Virus record (IMG/VR): IMGVR_UViG_3300027847_002824 | Location: 1-55,640 of that record | Length of the DNA stretch: 55,640 bases | DNA from: a virus | Taxonomy: Duplodnaviria; Caudoviricetes | Direction: 5' to 3' (one strand) | In this document: in pieces, positions 9,008 to 19,221 of the stretch | Position numbering within the stretch: position 1 is the stretch's first letter | Layout: every line of letters starts with the position of its first letter | The notes under the pieces: model-generated | What the model was told of the DNA's origin: nothing | The model's database searches: none | The model's input: only the letters and a program-made list of their open reading frames with translations | Position numbers and translations under genes: made by a program

Positions 9008-10579
9008 ATGGACGATATGTTTGAAGACCCAACTTTAGCTGACCCAGATGCAGAATCAGAAATCAAATACTCATGGGACGAAGATTTCCAGAGACACGTT
9101 ATTTCCCTTCTTCTGTTAGACCGACAATTCATCTTGCAATCTCTTGATTTGGTTAAGCCAAATTACTTTACAAACAAAGCTCATCAAAAAGCTTGTGCTG
9201 TAACATTTAAGTTTTTCAAAGAGCATCGGATTCTTCCGAACAAAACATTTTTGATTCAAGAGATTAAAGATGATTTGAAAGACAACAAATCTCTTGACTA
9301 TTACTTGTCAGAGATTGGTCTTCTTTATGATTACTTTCAGCCCGGTCTTGATGCTAGAGATTATCTTCAAAACAAGATTGTCTACTTTGCCAAAATACAA
9401 GCTATCAAAGCCGCCTTCAAAGAGTCACTAGCGAAGATAGACAAAGCTCCTGAAAATGAAAATACATGGGGTGAAGTTTATGAATTGATGCGGAAGTCGA
9501 TGGAGACCAATGAGAACTTTGATCTTGGTCTTGATTACTTCAATACCATCAAAGACCGCTACGAGCAGATGGAAGATGATAAAGAAGAAAGAGCAAAATT
9601 TGTATTGGGTTTGATGGGGATCGACACTGAAATTAGTGCTGGCGGATACATTAAAGGAGAGATGGTTTCTTTCGTTGGTGGATCAGGTGTTGGAAAGTCG
9701 GTTATGCTTTGTTGCCTTACTGCAACGAATGTGTTACGTGGTAAGAACGGCGTGTACATCACCTTGGAATTAGCGGCAGAAAAAGTAGCAGATAGAATGG
9801 ACGCAATCCTTACTGGATTTCCCATTCAATCTCTTTCATCTCATAGAGACGATATCTTTTCAAAGCTAACTGAATTGGAAGGTGTTGAATATAAAGAAGA
9901 TGGGTTGGGCTCTTTGGTGATTAAGCAATTCCCTGCTCAAACCTGTACGGTGAATACAGTCAGGTCATATTTGTCCCAGCTTCGATTTCATGGTTTTGAA
10001 CCAGATTTTGTTGTCTTGGATTACATTGGTGAAATGAAAGACCTTCCGGGAATGAAAACTTATGAGTCTCGGGAGAAGACTGTTAGTGAGCTTCGAGGAA
10101 TGGCGACAGAGGAAAATGTATTCTTGGCTACAGCCATGCAGCCAAATAGAGGCTCCAGAGAGACACAGAAGGACGACAGAGGCCGTATTGAGGAAGAACA
10201 CTTGGCAGACTCCTTTGGACAGATCAGGCCGTTAGACGGCTGTTTCTCGTTGAACCAGAATGATGTAGAGAAATTACTGGGAATTGGCCGTTGTTACGTC
10301 ATTAAACAACGAGATGGTCGAAGTCGATATATGATTCGCTTGCGCTTTGACCTTGAAAGCCTTAAAATATCAGAAATATCTCAAGACAAATACTTGGATA
10401 TACTTAACAGTCACAAGCAGTCTGTTGAAGGCGATGTTGTGATTGATCACATGGGTTCGGTCAAAGTTACAGAAGAAGACAAAGTTGAGGCGGTTATGAA
10501 CCGTGGCACAGGGTGGGCACCCGGCCAAGGAGAGACCGACACAATCGGCGATGATAGCAAAGACCAAGACCCTCAATAA
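9008..10579 (+). CDS. dnaB: replicative DNA helicase (DnaB / T4 gp41-like)
   Basis: Walker A GGSGVGKS, ITLEL, VVLDYIG, AMQPNR, KQRDG. Confidence 0.9.
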   Translation: MDDMFEDPTLADPDAESEIKYSWDEDFQRHVISLLLLDRQFILQSLDLVKPNYFTNKAHQKACAVTFKFFKEHRILPNKTFLIQEIKDDLKDNKSLDYYLSEIGLLYDYFQPGLDARDYLQNKIVYFAKIQAIKAAFKESLAKIDKAPENENTWGEVYELMRKSMETNENFDLGLDYFNTIKDRYEQMEDDKEERAKFVLGLMGIDTEISAGGYIKGEMVSFVGGSGVGKSVMLCCLTATNVLRGKNGVYITLELAAEKVADRMDAILTGFPIQSLSSHRDDIFSKLTELEGVEYKEDGLGSLVIKQFPAQTCTVNTVRSYLSQLRFHGFEPDFVVLDYIGEMKDLPGMKTYESREKTVSELRGMATEENVFLATAMQPNRGSRETQKDDRGRIEEEHLADSFGQIRPLDGCFSLNQNDVEKLLGIGRCYVIKQRDGRSRYMIRLRFDLESLKISEISQDKYLDILNSHKQSVEGDVVIDHMGSVKVTEEDKVEAVMNRGTGWAPGQGETDTIGDDSKDQDPQ

Positions 10580-10603
10580 CGATAACAAAAGAAACAGAGG
10601 TGA

Positions 10604-11167
10604 ATGATGTCAGTAGAAAAATTAGAAATTGGGACAAGTTCGGTTGTTATCGATCCTGCCAATTTAACATTTAGTGAAGCCACTCTAAACAACTACGTTG
10701 AGACAGAGGCGGCTTATTACGACAATTTTGGTGCGTACTTAGCTCTTGCTGAGAAGAACTTGCAAATTAGAGATATCGAGCATGAGAAGCTTTTCCATTC
10801 TCGATACATTGAAGCCAAGGATGTCGGCGGCACTGAAAAATACTGTGAAGCCAAGGCAAAAGTTGATCCTGATGTTGTTGCTCTTAAAGAGCGATGCGTA
10901 GAGGCTAAATACATGGTGACACGTCTTAAGCAACATCTCAAAGCTTGGGATAAAAACCACGACAATGCCCAAAGCTTGGGACACATGCTTCGTAAAGCAA
11001 TGGACAAGCTAAACTCTGCCATAATGGGGAAAGCTGGATATGGGGATTATGTTCCCAGTGATGATCTCATTGAGGAAACATGTCCTGCTGCAACTGTTAC
11101 AGAAGTTGAGGTAGACGATGATTTGCAATTTGCAGCAGACGATTTAGGAATTTCCGACTTGGTATGA
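10604..11167 (+). CDS. UvsY-like recombination mediator
   Basis: Helical, coiled-coil-like, similar size to UvsY; follows the helicase; acidic tail. Confidence 0.45.
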   Translation: MMSVEKLEIGTSSVVIDPANLTFSEATLNNYVETEAAYYDNFGAYLALAEKNLQIRDIEHEKLFHSRYIEAKDVGGTEKYCEAKAKVDPDVVALKERCVEAKYMVTRLKQHLKAWDKNHDNAQSLGHMLRKAMDKLNSAIMGKAGYGDYVPSDDLIEETCPAATVTEVEVDDDLQFAADDLGISDLV

Positions 11168-12483
11168 AATCATTAGACCTAATTATTGAGCTTCGCAATA
11201 AAAATTTTTCCAACAAAGAAATTTGTAGAAGGCTAAATGAAAAATCTATTCCAGCACCATTAGGAAAACCGGAATGGAACTATAGGCTTTTGGCGGAATT
11301 TGAAGCTGAAGACATACACCGAAGGCTTGCTAAAATTTCTGGACCATTGCATGAGAAGCATTCAGGGATATCTGACGATACTCTTTATGGTTCTTTTCAT
11401 TACGATAAATTCAATTACACCAAATGTTGGAGAGACACTCTTCAAAGGTTTGATCAGTTTTGTATTCCTAAAGACCTATCGGGGAAAACTGTTTTAGACA
11501 TAGGCAGCAACACTGGGGCGATGAGCTTTGAGTTTGCTAGAAGAGGCGCAAAAGTAACAGGGTTGGAATACAACAGAGAGAGAGTCTCTGTTTGTAATGA
11601 ACTTCGTGATTATCTTGAAGTCGATGCAGAGTTTCATCATGTTGATCTTAATCTCAGCATTCCAGATTCCATAAGTTGTCAAGAGTATGACATTGTTTGT
11701 TGTTGTGCGGTAGACGCTTATGTTGATGACCAAGCTGTTCTTTATAAGTTTGTGTCAGACATGGCCAAAGATACTTGTTATTTTGAATCAAATCATCCAA
11801 GTGCTGTGAGCAAAAATATCACAAAAGAAGTTGAAGATGTCAAGAAGCATTTTCGTTCAAGTTTTGAAAAAGTTGTTTTCATAGGTCAAAATGGACAAAG
11901 AAGAGTTTTCGTGTTTTCTAATTCAGATTTGTCTTTTGGAAAAAGCGGAACAGCTTTGGTAGAAGGATATCACGAAAGAAAATATTTCTGTCACGATGAA
12001 TGGCAGATGGTAAAAGATTGTTATGAGAAGGTGTCAGACATTGAACAGTGCGTCCCAATGGATTTTTCAAGAGTAGGTTGGGTTAAATCTAAACACATTC
12101 AAGGAAGATTATTAAAGAAGATGATAGAATTGATAGGAGATGAGTCAATTTGGATTGCTGATCCCAAATTAAAAGAAAGTGTGAAAAAACAAACAATTTC
12201 TTTTATTCATAGTCTTATCGAAAGAGGCGTGTCTCATAGAGATATTCATACAGGCAATATGATTGTGGATGAATATGGGAAATTGTTTGTTATAGATTGG
12301 GAGTGGGTTGTTTTTGATGAAAACATGTATGACATAACAGGAACAGGAGAAACTCCCAATGGTGTAAGACAAACTCTTTTTTCTATGCCTTGCGGAGACA
12401 AACTAAATACTGTTGCACATGTTTTAGGAATCACAAAAGAAGACTTCCGTGATAAATACTCTCATGAAGAACCATTGGATTGA
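11164..12483 (+). CDS. SAM-dependent methyltransferase fused to a kinase-like domain
   Basis: VLDIGSNTG SAM motif; HRDIHTGN and IDWE kinase/phosphotransferase motifs. Confidence 0.8.
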   Translation: MKSLDLIIELRNKNFSNKEICRRLNEKSIPAPLGKPEWNYRLLAEFEAEDIHRRLAKISGPLHEKHSGISDDTLYGSFHYDKFNYTKCWRDTLQRFDQFCIPKDLSGKTVLDIGSNTGAMSFEFARRGAKVTGLEYNRERVSVCNELRDYLEVDAEFHHVDLNLSIPDSISCQEYDIVCCCAVDAYVDDQAVLYKFVSDMAKDTCYFESNHPSAVSKNITKEVEDVKKHFRSSFEKVVFIGQNGQRRVFVFSNSDLSFGKSGTALVEGYHERKYFCHDEWQMVKDCYEKVSDIEQCVPMDFSRVGWVKSKHIQGRLLKKMIELIGDESIWIADPKLKESVKKQTISFIHSLIERGVSHRDIHTGNMIVDEYGKLFVIDWEWVVFDENMYDITGTGETPNGVRQTLFSMPCGDKLNTVAHVLGITKEDFRDKYSHEEPLD

Positions 12484-12844
12484 ACAGTATAGAAAAAAGA
12501 AGTCTAAATTTTGGACAACAGAATTTGCAAAAAATGGAATTTTTGTATTAAAACCACGAATATCAGGTGTGTCTTTGGGTCAAAGTTATTGCAAGATTCT
12601 TTTCGTAGATTCAATGTTCGCTCTTCAAGACAATGAGTTGATGGACTTTCTTAACATTTGTCATCAACAAGGCATGTCTGGGATGTATGCCAGATTAAGA
12701 TGTTTCAGGGGTCTTGAGTCTCCTACAGAATTAGAAAACTATGAGTTAACTGATCTGTCTTATTCTCAGTTGGGAATGGGAGTTAAACCAGACGACATTA
12801 AGTTTGAGTTTTCTTACAAGAACAAAAATCATCATGTGTTGTAA
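12464..12844 (+). CDS. hypothetical protein
   Basis: ORF starting MKNHWIEQYRKKK; TAAATA 5 nt upstream. Confidence 0.7.
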   Translation: MKNHWIEQYRKKKSKFWTTEFAKNGIFVLKPRISGVSLGQSYCKILFVDSMFALQDNELMDFLNICHQQGMSGMYARLRCFRGLESPTELENYELTDLSYSQLGMGVKPDDIKFEFSYKNKNHHVL

Positions 12845-13021
12845 AATTAAAGTACGGATGGCATATATAACTTACCGTCCGTTGCTGTAAACCATGATGG
12901 TTGAGACTAACTTCGATGATGTCGCATCCAGAGTTTACGGCGAGTCAATGACTTACGAAGGTTTTTGATGATACCCATAGAGGAGTCAAAGAACGTGTCA
13001 CACTCGTTGGTGTAACAACCA

Positions 13022-13405
13022 TTAGGGAGCCGTAAATCTTTGTTGGATAACGGTTCCCTTTTTTTGTAGATGGATGTCGCTATACATCCACTCTGAAGAG
13101 TTGCAAATTTTAGGATCGGGCGAGCTAAGAATTTTGTAATGTTCCCACGCACTGTTGGTGCCGGTATTCAATCGAATGAAATGATATCCGGGGCACTCCA
13201 TAGTGAATTTAGCAAACCAACCTGTTTGATTTAAGTTCCACGTGTGTATGGGAATCCATCCTTCTTCTTTAGTTATAATGGAAACAACAAGACCTTGTTC
13301 GTCGAACCCATCTAATGGAATTCCGTTACAACCTTCTAAGAGCTTTGTTTGAAAATCAAAATTAGGCGGCAATCCAAAAAATCCAGCACAACAATTATTG
13401 TTCAT
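13022..13405 (-). CDS. hypothetical protein
   Basis: 127-aa ORF filling the gap. Confidence 0.6.
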   Translation of the reverse strand: MNNNCCAGFFGLPPNFDFQTKLLEGCNGIPLDGFDEQGLVVSIITKEEGWIPIHTWNLNQTGWFAKFTMECPGYHFIRLNTGTNSAWEHYKILSSPDPKICNSSEWMYSDIHLQKKGTVIQQRFTAP

Positions 13406-13605
13406 ACCATTTGGTTGGTATTGATCTTTATGAACAAAAAGAAGAAGACCTTAAAATACCTGTCCTATGCTATTATAACATATGACATAATCAAACTCAG
13501 GATAGACTTTAGGGAGCAATCTTGTGGACTCACTGAGACATTCCCAGCCAGCTTCACTGACATTTCCCATTGTCCATCTGATTAAAGGTTTCATTGGTAT
13601 TAGTT

Positions 13606-14064
13606 ATGATAAATAAAAAAACATTTGAAGTGCGATCCAGAGGGTATGCTCAGGAGTTTAAGTCGGACAAACCGTGGGCTGCAATTAGCGTGACCACAGA
13701 ACCACCATGGCCTGATCTATTAGAGGAAAATAGAGTTGGTTTATTGCAGTTGGAATTTATGGACGCTGAGTTCATAAGGCCGACAAGCAAATGGAGCAAT
13801 GGGCTGTCTATCTTTAATGAAGATCATGCAATGCAAATTTTGGAATTTGTTTCTGATATGTGGGACAAAGCTGAAGTTTTCATGGCTCATTGTGATGCAG
13901 GACAATCTCGGTCTCCAGCAATTGCTGCTGCAATTGAAAATATTTACTATGGTTCTGGAGCAGATCAGCATTGGTTTAACACAAAAACTCCTAATATGCT
14001 TGTTTACAGAAAAATATTAGATGTGGAACATGAAAAAAATTCAGATTCTCCAGAAGAATCATAA
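13606..14064 (+). CDS. protein-tyrosine/dual-specificity phosphatase-like protein
   Basis: P-loop HCDAGQSRS. Confidence 0.85.
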   Translation: MINKKTFEVRSRGYAQEFKSDKPWAAISVTTEPPWPDLLEENRVGLLQLEFMDAEFIRPTSKWSNGLSIFNEDHAMQILEFVSDMWDKAEVFMAHCDAGQSRSPAIAAAIENIYYGSGADQHWFNTKTPNMLVYRKILDVEHEKNSDSPEES

Positions 14065-14112
14065 AGCATGTACTATGTTTAAGGCAGATGGTTACTGCGG
14101 CTAAAGCGGGAT

Positions 14113-14754
14113 ATGGAAGTCCCCGAACAACCTCCATCTAAGGAAGAGTGTCAGAGATTTCGATCTTTGACACTCTTTTCTTTTATGGACTATGTAAAAC
14201 TCCAAGACAATTTAGATAAAGCACTGATTGGTCCTCAACAGTTGCTTTCTGGCACAAAGGTTCTTACAGAAGCCTCTCGTGAATCTCCTGCATATTTGGA
14301 TAGAAGACATTTTCCATTTTGGTATCATCTAGGCAAACAACTGCCTGATATCGATAGAGTGATGCAAGTTGGTCCATATTTAGGATTAGTTGGTTCATGT
14401 CTTCTTCAAAGCTGTTCTGTTGCTGAATGGCATGTGTGTAGCGGCGGGGCCTATGAAATCACCAAGTCAAATATAAGGCTTCATTCCCCAAAAACAGAGA
14501 CAAAATTTGTTTCTCCAGAAGAGTGTGGTGAGATTGGGCTGGCTTTAATCACAGAAAACTGTGATCTTACACACGACCCTATCACAGAACTCTTTAATCT
14601 ATTGTGGGATTGTCTAGCTCCAGAAGGATTATTAGTTTGTGACTATATAAATTCTGACGCTCAAGGAGAGGCTTTTGAGGACTTCTGTAGGGTGAAGAAT
14701 AGAGAGTCTCACACATTCAAAACAAGGTATGGCGTCGGAATCATAGAGAGGTAA
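14113..14754 (+). CDS. class I methyltransferase-like protein (degenerate)
   Basis: VMQVGPYLG, LAPEGLLVCDY, TRYGVGII resemble Methyltransf_24-type proteins. Confidence 0.5.
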   Translation: MEVPEQPPSKEECQRFRSLTLFSFMDYVKLQDNLDKALIGPQQLLSGTKVLTEASRESPAYLDRRHFPFWYHLGKQLPDIDRVMQVGPYLGLVGSCLLQSCSVAEWHVCSGGAYEITKSNIRLHSPKTETKFVSPEECGEIGLALITENCDLTHDPITELFNLLWDCLAPEGLLVCDYINSDAQGEAFEDFCRVKNRESHTFKTRYGVGIIER

Positions 14755-14757
14755 CTT

Positions 14758-15681
14758 ATGGGATATGAAATAAACTACAAATATCATCCACGTCTTGAAG
14801 AAGGCGTTGGATATAATCACGAAGTGGAAGAAGTTAGGAAAGTCAAAGTTGGGAAACCATTTGACGACACTCCTCTTGAGAAATGTGCAGCAGCAATAAC
14901 TGCACAACTTGCAAGAAGAGACATCTGGGTTATTGATGTTGATGTGTATGAACTTGTTAAGAAGCAAATCAGTTTCAAAGAATCAAAAGATGGAAAAGGG
15001 ATAGTCTTAAAGAACAAACGATTCACCTTGGGTGCCACTGCGGAATTGATTGCTGAAGACTTGATAGAAGTTCCAATGGTAGCACCAGTAGTCGCTTCTA
15101 CGGCTCTAGTACCAGCAGCCGCAGCACCAGTTCAAAGTAACTTGGAGCCGCATGAGATGATTACAGCACCGACAACTCAAGGTACAGATAATTTGTACTC
15201 CAATCCAAATCAAGCGGCTGTTAGAAGAAGCATTGATCCAAGAAACATCGATAAAACAAAAGCTCTTTATCAGGTGTATTACGAACCTTATGTAAGTCAA
15301 GCAGAGGCTAAGTCACTTAAGCTTCGCTTTACTGAAGATACAAGGTATAATGTTCATCAAGTAATCCCGTCTGCTACTGGGAAGTTAGATGCTCAGCAAA
15401 TTGCTTTAACAGACGATACTGGTCAGGTTGTCGTCTTAGATGAGAAGTTCTTCACTTCAGCAGGGAGGGGACTTGTCGGCGATGCCGAAGTCGGGTTTTC
15501 GGAGCCAAGATCAGCAAGAAGAAATAAAAACAAACTCATGTATGACGGAGAGCTTACAACCGGAGGGCAAGAGTTGGCTTCGTCGGGTGCTGCGGTGGGT
15601 GACATTCCGGTAGATGATGGACATATACCGGAAGACTTGTTAGTCACTCCAGATTTAAGACCGGGGAGAGCAGTAAGATAA
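14758..15681 (+). CDS. hypothetical phage protein
   Basis: 307-aa ORF, GAGG RBS, Ala/Pro linker. Confidence 0.8.
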   Translation: MGYEINYKYHPRLEEGVGYNHEVEEVRKVKVGKPFDDTPLEKCAAAITAQLARRDIWVIDVDVYELVKKQISFKESKDGKGIVLKNKRFTLGATAELIAEDLIEVPMVAPVVASTALVPAAAAPVQSNLEPHEMITAPTTQGTDNLYSNPNQAAVRRSIDPRNIDKTKALYQVYYEPYVSQAEAKSLKLRFTEDTRYNVHQVIPSATGKLDAQQIALTDDTGQVVVLDEKFFTSAGRGLVGDAEVGFSEPRSARRNKNKLMYDGELTTGGQELASSGAAVGDIPVDDGHIPEDLLVTPDLRPGRAVR

Positions 15682-15839
15682 TGAAAACTGCAAATACTAT
15701 TTTTCACATGTTGTGTTTTTCAAAGAATCCGCTGCCTTGGTATCTTAAGGCCCTTAAGATGGTTTTATTTGTTTGTTTATGGTCGATAGAAGAAGCATGT
15801 TTTTTGTATCGATGGATAAAAAGGAAGATGAGAATATGA
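15681..15839 (+). CDS. small hypothetical hydrophobic protein (52 aa, not in ORF track)
   Basis: TAATG coupling to upstream stop; MKTANTIFHMLCFSKNPLPWYLKALKMVLFVCLW... Confidence 0.4.
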   Translation: MKTANTIFHMLCFSKNPLPWYLKALKMVLFVCLWSIEEACFLYRWIKRKMRI

Positions 15840-15897
15840 AAGATTCCATAGACGCAGCCGACGCAAATTTTAGGACATAAATTTAAGGATAAAGAAA

Positions 15898-16485
15898 ATG
15901 ACATCACAGGCACAAAGAAAGTTAAAGAAAAAGAAGACTAAGGAAAGAGATGCCAAGAAAAGAGTTTTGGCACGGCGGGAAGCATTAAGAGTACCGCTTC
16001 GTGAAGAGAAGGCCGAAGCTCGACGCAACAAACGGCAAGACAAGTTCATAAAGGAAGTTGCGTCACTCGACAATAATTTTCAGTTCTTCACTGAAGAGCA
16101 GTTGGCAAATCTTGATGAATCTACGTTAACTCAACTTGAAGAGAACTGTAAGGTGCTTCGTGGTCTTGAACATGAGTTCGAGAAGGAAGTTGAAGCGAAG
16201 CTTCAATTGAACGAAGAGCTTGAAGATGACGGGCATTTTTCTCTTCAAGAGAAACTTAAAGCCATGTCTGAAAAGACCATTACTCAGCAGAAAAATATCG
16301 CTGACCAACAAGATGTAGGAACTGGTGGAGTGGCTGACTGTAAGATGGCTGTTGCTAAAGCAAAATCAGTTAAGAAAAAGTCAGACACGGCAGAAATTGC
16401 TTTAGTTAAAGCAAATGAGGACTCTTCTGAAATTGCTGATTCCCCAGAGGTGTCGCTTTCTAAGGTCGTTGAAGAAATTTCTTAA
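15898..16485 (+). CDS. hypothetical coiled-coil protein
   Basis: Basic N-terminus, acidic remainder. Confidence 0.75.
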   Translation: MTSQAQRKLKKKKTKERDAKKRVLARREALRVPLREEKAEARRNKRQDKFIKEVASLDNNFQFFTEEQLANLDESTLTQLEENCKVLRGLEHEFEKEVEAKLQLNEELEDDGHFSLQEKLKAMSEKTITQQKNIADQQDVGTGGVADCKMAVAKAKSVKKKSDTAEIALVKANEDSSEIADSPEVSLSKVVEEIS

Positions 16486-16587
16486 ACTTCTGCTAAAGTC
16501 CATTGACCCTTGTTACGAAAAGTAGTATAAGACACTTATCAATACTGTGAATTGGTCACAGCTACTTTAACAAACGAGGAGAGTACG

Positions 16588-17622
16588 ATGGCAGAATTTG
16601 GAAGTTTGAATTTGGAAGAGATGGCTGGCGAAGACACTCGGCTTAGCACATCAGGTGGCGGGAATAACTTTCTCGACCAGTTTGTGCCAATGCCCGATGT
16701 TAAGCCGGGACAAAGCGGATCGGTATCAATCCGAATCCTTCCTCCGCAAAAAGGTGGCCGATTGTTTCAATACAATCGAGTACACACAATGAATGGTCGA
16801 AAGGTGCATTGCCCTCGACCTCTAGCCAACGGCAAGTGGGATCGCCAAGTTGCATGTCCCATTTGCGACTATTACAGTGGACTGTGGCGTCAATCTGATA
16901 AGCTTGACAAAGCTGGTCATGGTGCTGAAGCTGACAAGCTGAAGGACGAAGCCAGAGACATCAAGCCCGTCGAGCGTTACTATTACAACGCTATCGTTCG
17001 AAGCTTGACACTCGATGGTGAGACCAAAACAAATGTTGGTCCACGAATTCTGTCGGTCGGAAAGATTCTTCACAAGATGATCATCCGAGCAATTGTCGGT
17101 GACGACAATGACGCTGACTCCAAGCTCGGTAACATCACCGACTTGAAGAATGGATACGACTTCGTAATTCGCAAGGAAGTTACTCCCGGCGAAGGATTCC
17201 CGAAGTACGACCGTTCTGCGTTTGCTCGTGCCACAACGGTAACGGGTGATCCAGCGGAAATCAAAGCTTGGGTCGAATCTCTTCATGACTTGACCAAGCT
17301 TCGTAATCCAAAGGATTTGGACGTTCTTGAAAAAGAACTTGCAATCCATCGTGGATTGATCGCTGACGAAAACGAAGGCTTCAATACTGAAGAGTTTGAT
17401 GCCAAGTGGAAGCAAGCAGCAAGCGACGAAGTTAATGAACTGATGGAGCACACTCCGGGCGGCGTTGCCGTTCCTGCGGATGTTCCAGCAGCAACTTCGG
17501 AAGCAGCAACTTCGGAAGCCACAGCAGCTTCGACTACCACAGAGACTCCAGAGGCACCTGCCGAGGATCTCAACATCGAGGACGATGACTTCCTCGCACA
17601 GTTGGACGAAATCAACAAGTAG
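16588..17622 (+). CDS. single-stranded DNA-binding protein (T4 gp32-like)
   Basis: IRILP, Zn-like HCP...CPICD, RYYYN, GYDFVIRK, YDRSAF, acidic tail DDDFLAQL; GAGGAG RBS. Confidence 0.85.
   Translation: MAEFGSLNLEEMAGEDTRLSTSGGGNNFLDQFVPMPDVKPGQSGSVSIRILPPQKGGRLFQYNRVHTMNGRKVHCPRPLANGKWDRQVACPICDYYSGLWRQSDKLDKAGHGAEADKLKDEARDIKPVERYYYNAIVRSLTLDGETKTNVGPRILSVGKILHKMIIRAIVGDDNDADSKLGNITDLKNGYDFVIRKEVTPGEGFPKYDRSAFARATTVTGDPAEIKAWVESLHDLTKLRNPKDLDVLEKELAIHRGLIADENEGFNTEEFDAKWKQAASDEVNELMEHTPGGVAVPADVPAATSEAATSEATAASTTTETPEAPAEDLNIEDDDFLAQLDEINK
17488..17519 (+). repeat. 15-bp tandem duplication (AATSE x2) in the SSB linker
   Basis: GCAGCAACTTCGGAA repeated twice. Confidence 0.8.
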
Positions 17623-17642
17623 GAATAGCCTCTTGTTAATGT

Positions 17643-17678
17643 AAAGGGGCAGTGGTAACACTGCCCCTTTTTTCTTTT
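17643..17678 (+). terminator. intrinsic terminator
   Basis: AAAGGGGCAGTG-gtaa-CACTGCCCCTTT plus T-tract. Confidence 0.9.
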
Positions 17679-17743
17679 CACGAAGATGTAATTCATGAAG
17701 GGACAAAGATGACTTAAGAAGACTGAGTAGGGAGTTTGATGAG

Positions 17744-18958
17744 ATGGCTAAGGCTAAAAAGAAAGAAGTAGACAAGGCGGCACTTTTCGCCAAGATAGCT
17801 GCTGATACAGGTGGCGACGTAATCGGTAATTTAGACCCGATTCGATTTTTTATTGATACAGGCAATCTTGCCTTCAATTACACATGCTCTGGTAAATTCA
17901 TCGGTGGTGGAATTCCATCAGGTCGAATTACTGAAATGTACGGAGCATCTTCTTCGGGCAAATCTCTTTTTGCCGCCAACATTCTTCATGGATGTCAAAT
18001 GATGGATGGTTGGACGATATTGTTGGACTGCGAAAATGCAGCCAACAATGAGTTCATGGAGAGAGTCAGCGGCATTGACTCAAAGAGATTACTGCGACAC
18101 ACTCCTCCGACTCTGGAGAAAGTCTTCCGCACAGTTCACACTGTTACCAAACAGATTCGTGATGCGGAAGAGGCTAATGGTTTGGAACGCAAGCCGATCA
18201 CTTTTGTTTACGACTCAATTACTGTCTCGCCGTGTGAGCGTGAGTTGAAAGAAAATGATCTGCCCATGGACCATACTGATGCTGACTGGAAAAGAGTTGT
18301 AGGTCGCAAAGAGCAGCCCGGCGAGCGTGCCAAAATTTGTGGAGCAGAGTTGCGTAAGATCACTCCACTTTTGGAAAAACAGGATGTCACGCTTGTTATT
18401 CTTAATCAGGTTCGAGAGAAGATCGGAGTGATGTACGGATCACCTGAAACAACAGGTGGTGGCGGAAAAGCTCTTGAATTCTATGCTTCTTTGCGACTAA
18501 GATTGGCTGCAAAGAAGAAGATCGAAAACAAGGCACTTGATATGTTCTCTGGCATCAATATGCAAGTTAAGAATGTCAAGAACCGAACCTTCCGACCCTT
18601 TGTAGTTTCTGAAGATATCAAACTGTATTTTGATAATGGCATTGATCCACTCAGTGGAGTTCTGTCTTGTTTGCGACAAGATGGAAGAATTATTTTGAGT
18701 GGACAGGGCAATTACAAAGTTGCAGATGAGTATCTTCCAGACAATCAAACGGAATACAAGTTTAGGGCAAAGAAAGTAGACAACACGGTTAAACCAGAAG
18801 TTCTCTACGATTGCCCAAAGCTTGTTGACTGTGAGACAACAGAGGAAGTTAAAGAATATCTGAGTCACTTTACTACTGGCATGGCAGCTTCGGCCAGTGG
18901 AGACTTTGAAGAGACCGATGTTTCTTTCGATGCGGATGGCAATCCGGTAACGGCTTAA
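17744..18958 (+). CDS. recA: RecA/UvsX recombinase
   Basis: GRITEMYGASSSGKS, LDCEN, VYDSI, ILNQVREKIGVMYGSPETTGGGGKALEFYASLR. Confidence 0.95.
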   Translation: MAKAKKKEVDKAALFAKIAADTGGDVIGNLDPIRFFIDTGNLAFNYTCSGKFIGGGIPSGRITEMYGASSSGKSLFAANILHGCQMMDGWTILLDCENAANNEFMERVSGIDSKRLLRHTPPTLEKVFRTVHTVTKQIRDAEEANGLERKPITFVYDSITVSPCERELKENDLPMDHTDADWKRVVGRKEQPGERAKICGAELRKITPLLEKQDVTLVILNQVREKIGVMYGSPETTGGGGKALEFYASLRLRLAAKKKIENKALDMFSGINMQVKNVKNRTFRPFVVSEDIKLYFDNGIDPLSGVLSCLRQDGRIILSGQGNYKVADEYLPDNQTEYKFRAKKVDNTVKPEVLYDCPKLVDCETTEEVKEYLSHFTTGMAASASGDFEETDVSFDADGNPVTA

Positions 18959-19221
18959 AAGCCTAGCGGAGCTTCATAGGGCAAGTGGTCAGGACTTTCC
19001 TCCACTTGCCCTTCTTCGTTTAGCCACTCCATGATTTGATCATCGGAGAGTTCTGAGAAATATCGATCTCGAACTGTATCATGATCATATTCTTCGACGA
19101 CAATTAAGGTGCCGTCTTCTAGTCTTATTGTTACCGGTGTGGAGTTTATGATCAACTCATGTTCTGGTTGATCATGAGTTTGAAATAGATTGTTTAGGTA
19201 GCAACTGATTCTTTCAAACAA
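18955..19221 (-). CDS. hypothetical protein
   Basis: 88-aa acidic ORF overlapping its neighbour. Confidence 0.55.
   Translation of the reverse strand: MFERISCYLNNLFQTHDQPEHELIINSTPVTIRLEDGTLIVVEEYDHDTVRDRYFSELSDDQIMEWLNEEGQVEESPDHLPYEAPLGF

Noticed and set aside
13406-13605. Imperfect direct repeat CACTGA(GA)CATT(T)CCCA in a divergent intergenic region
   Set aside because: Only two degenerate copies; could be operator sites but cannot be distinguished from chance
16822-17877. 351-aa minus-strand ORF
   Set aside because: Antisense shadow of the gp32-like SSB gene; no motifs, and it crosses a terminator
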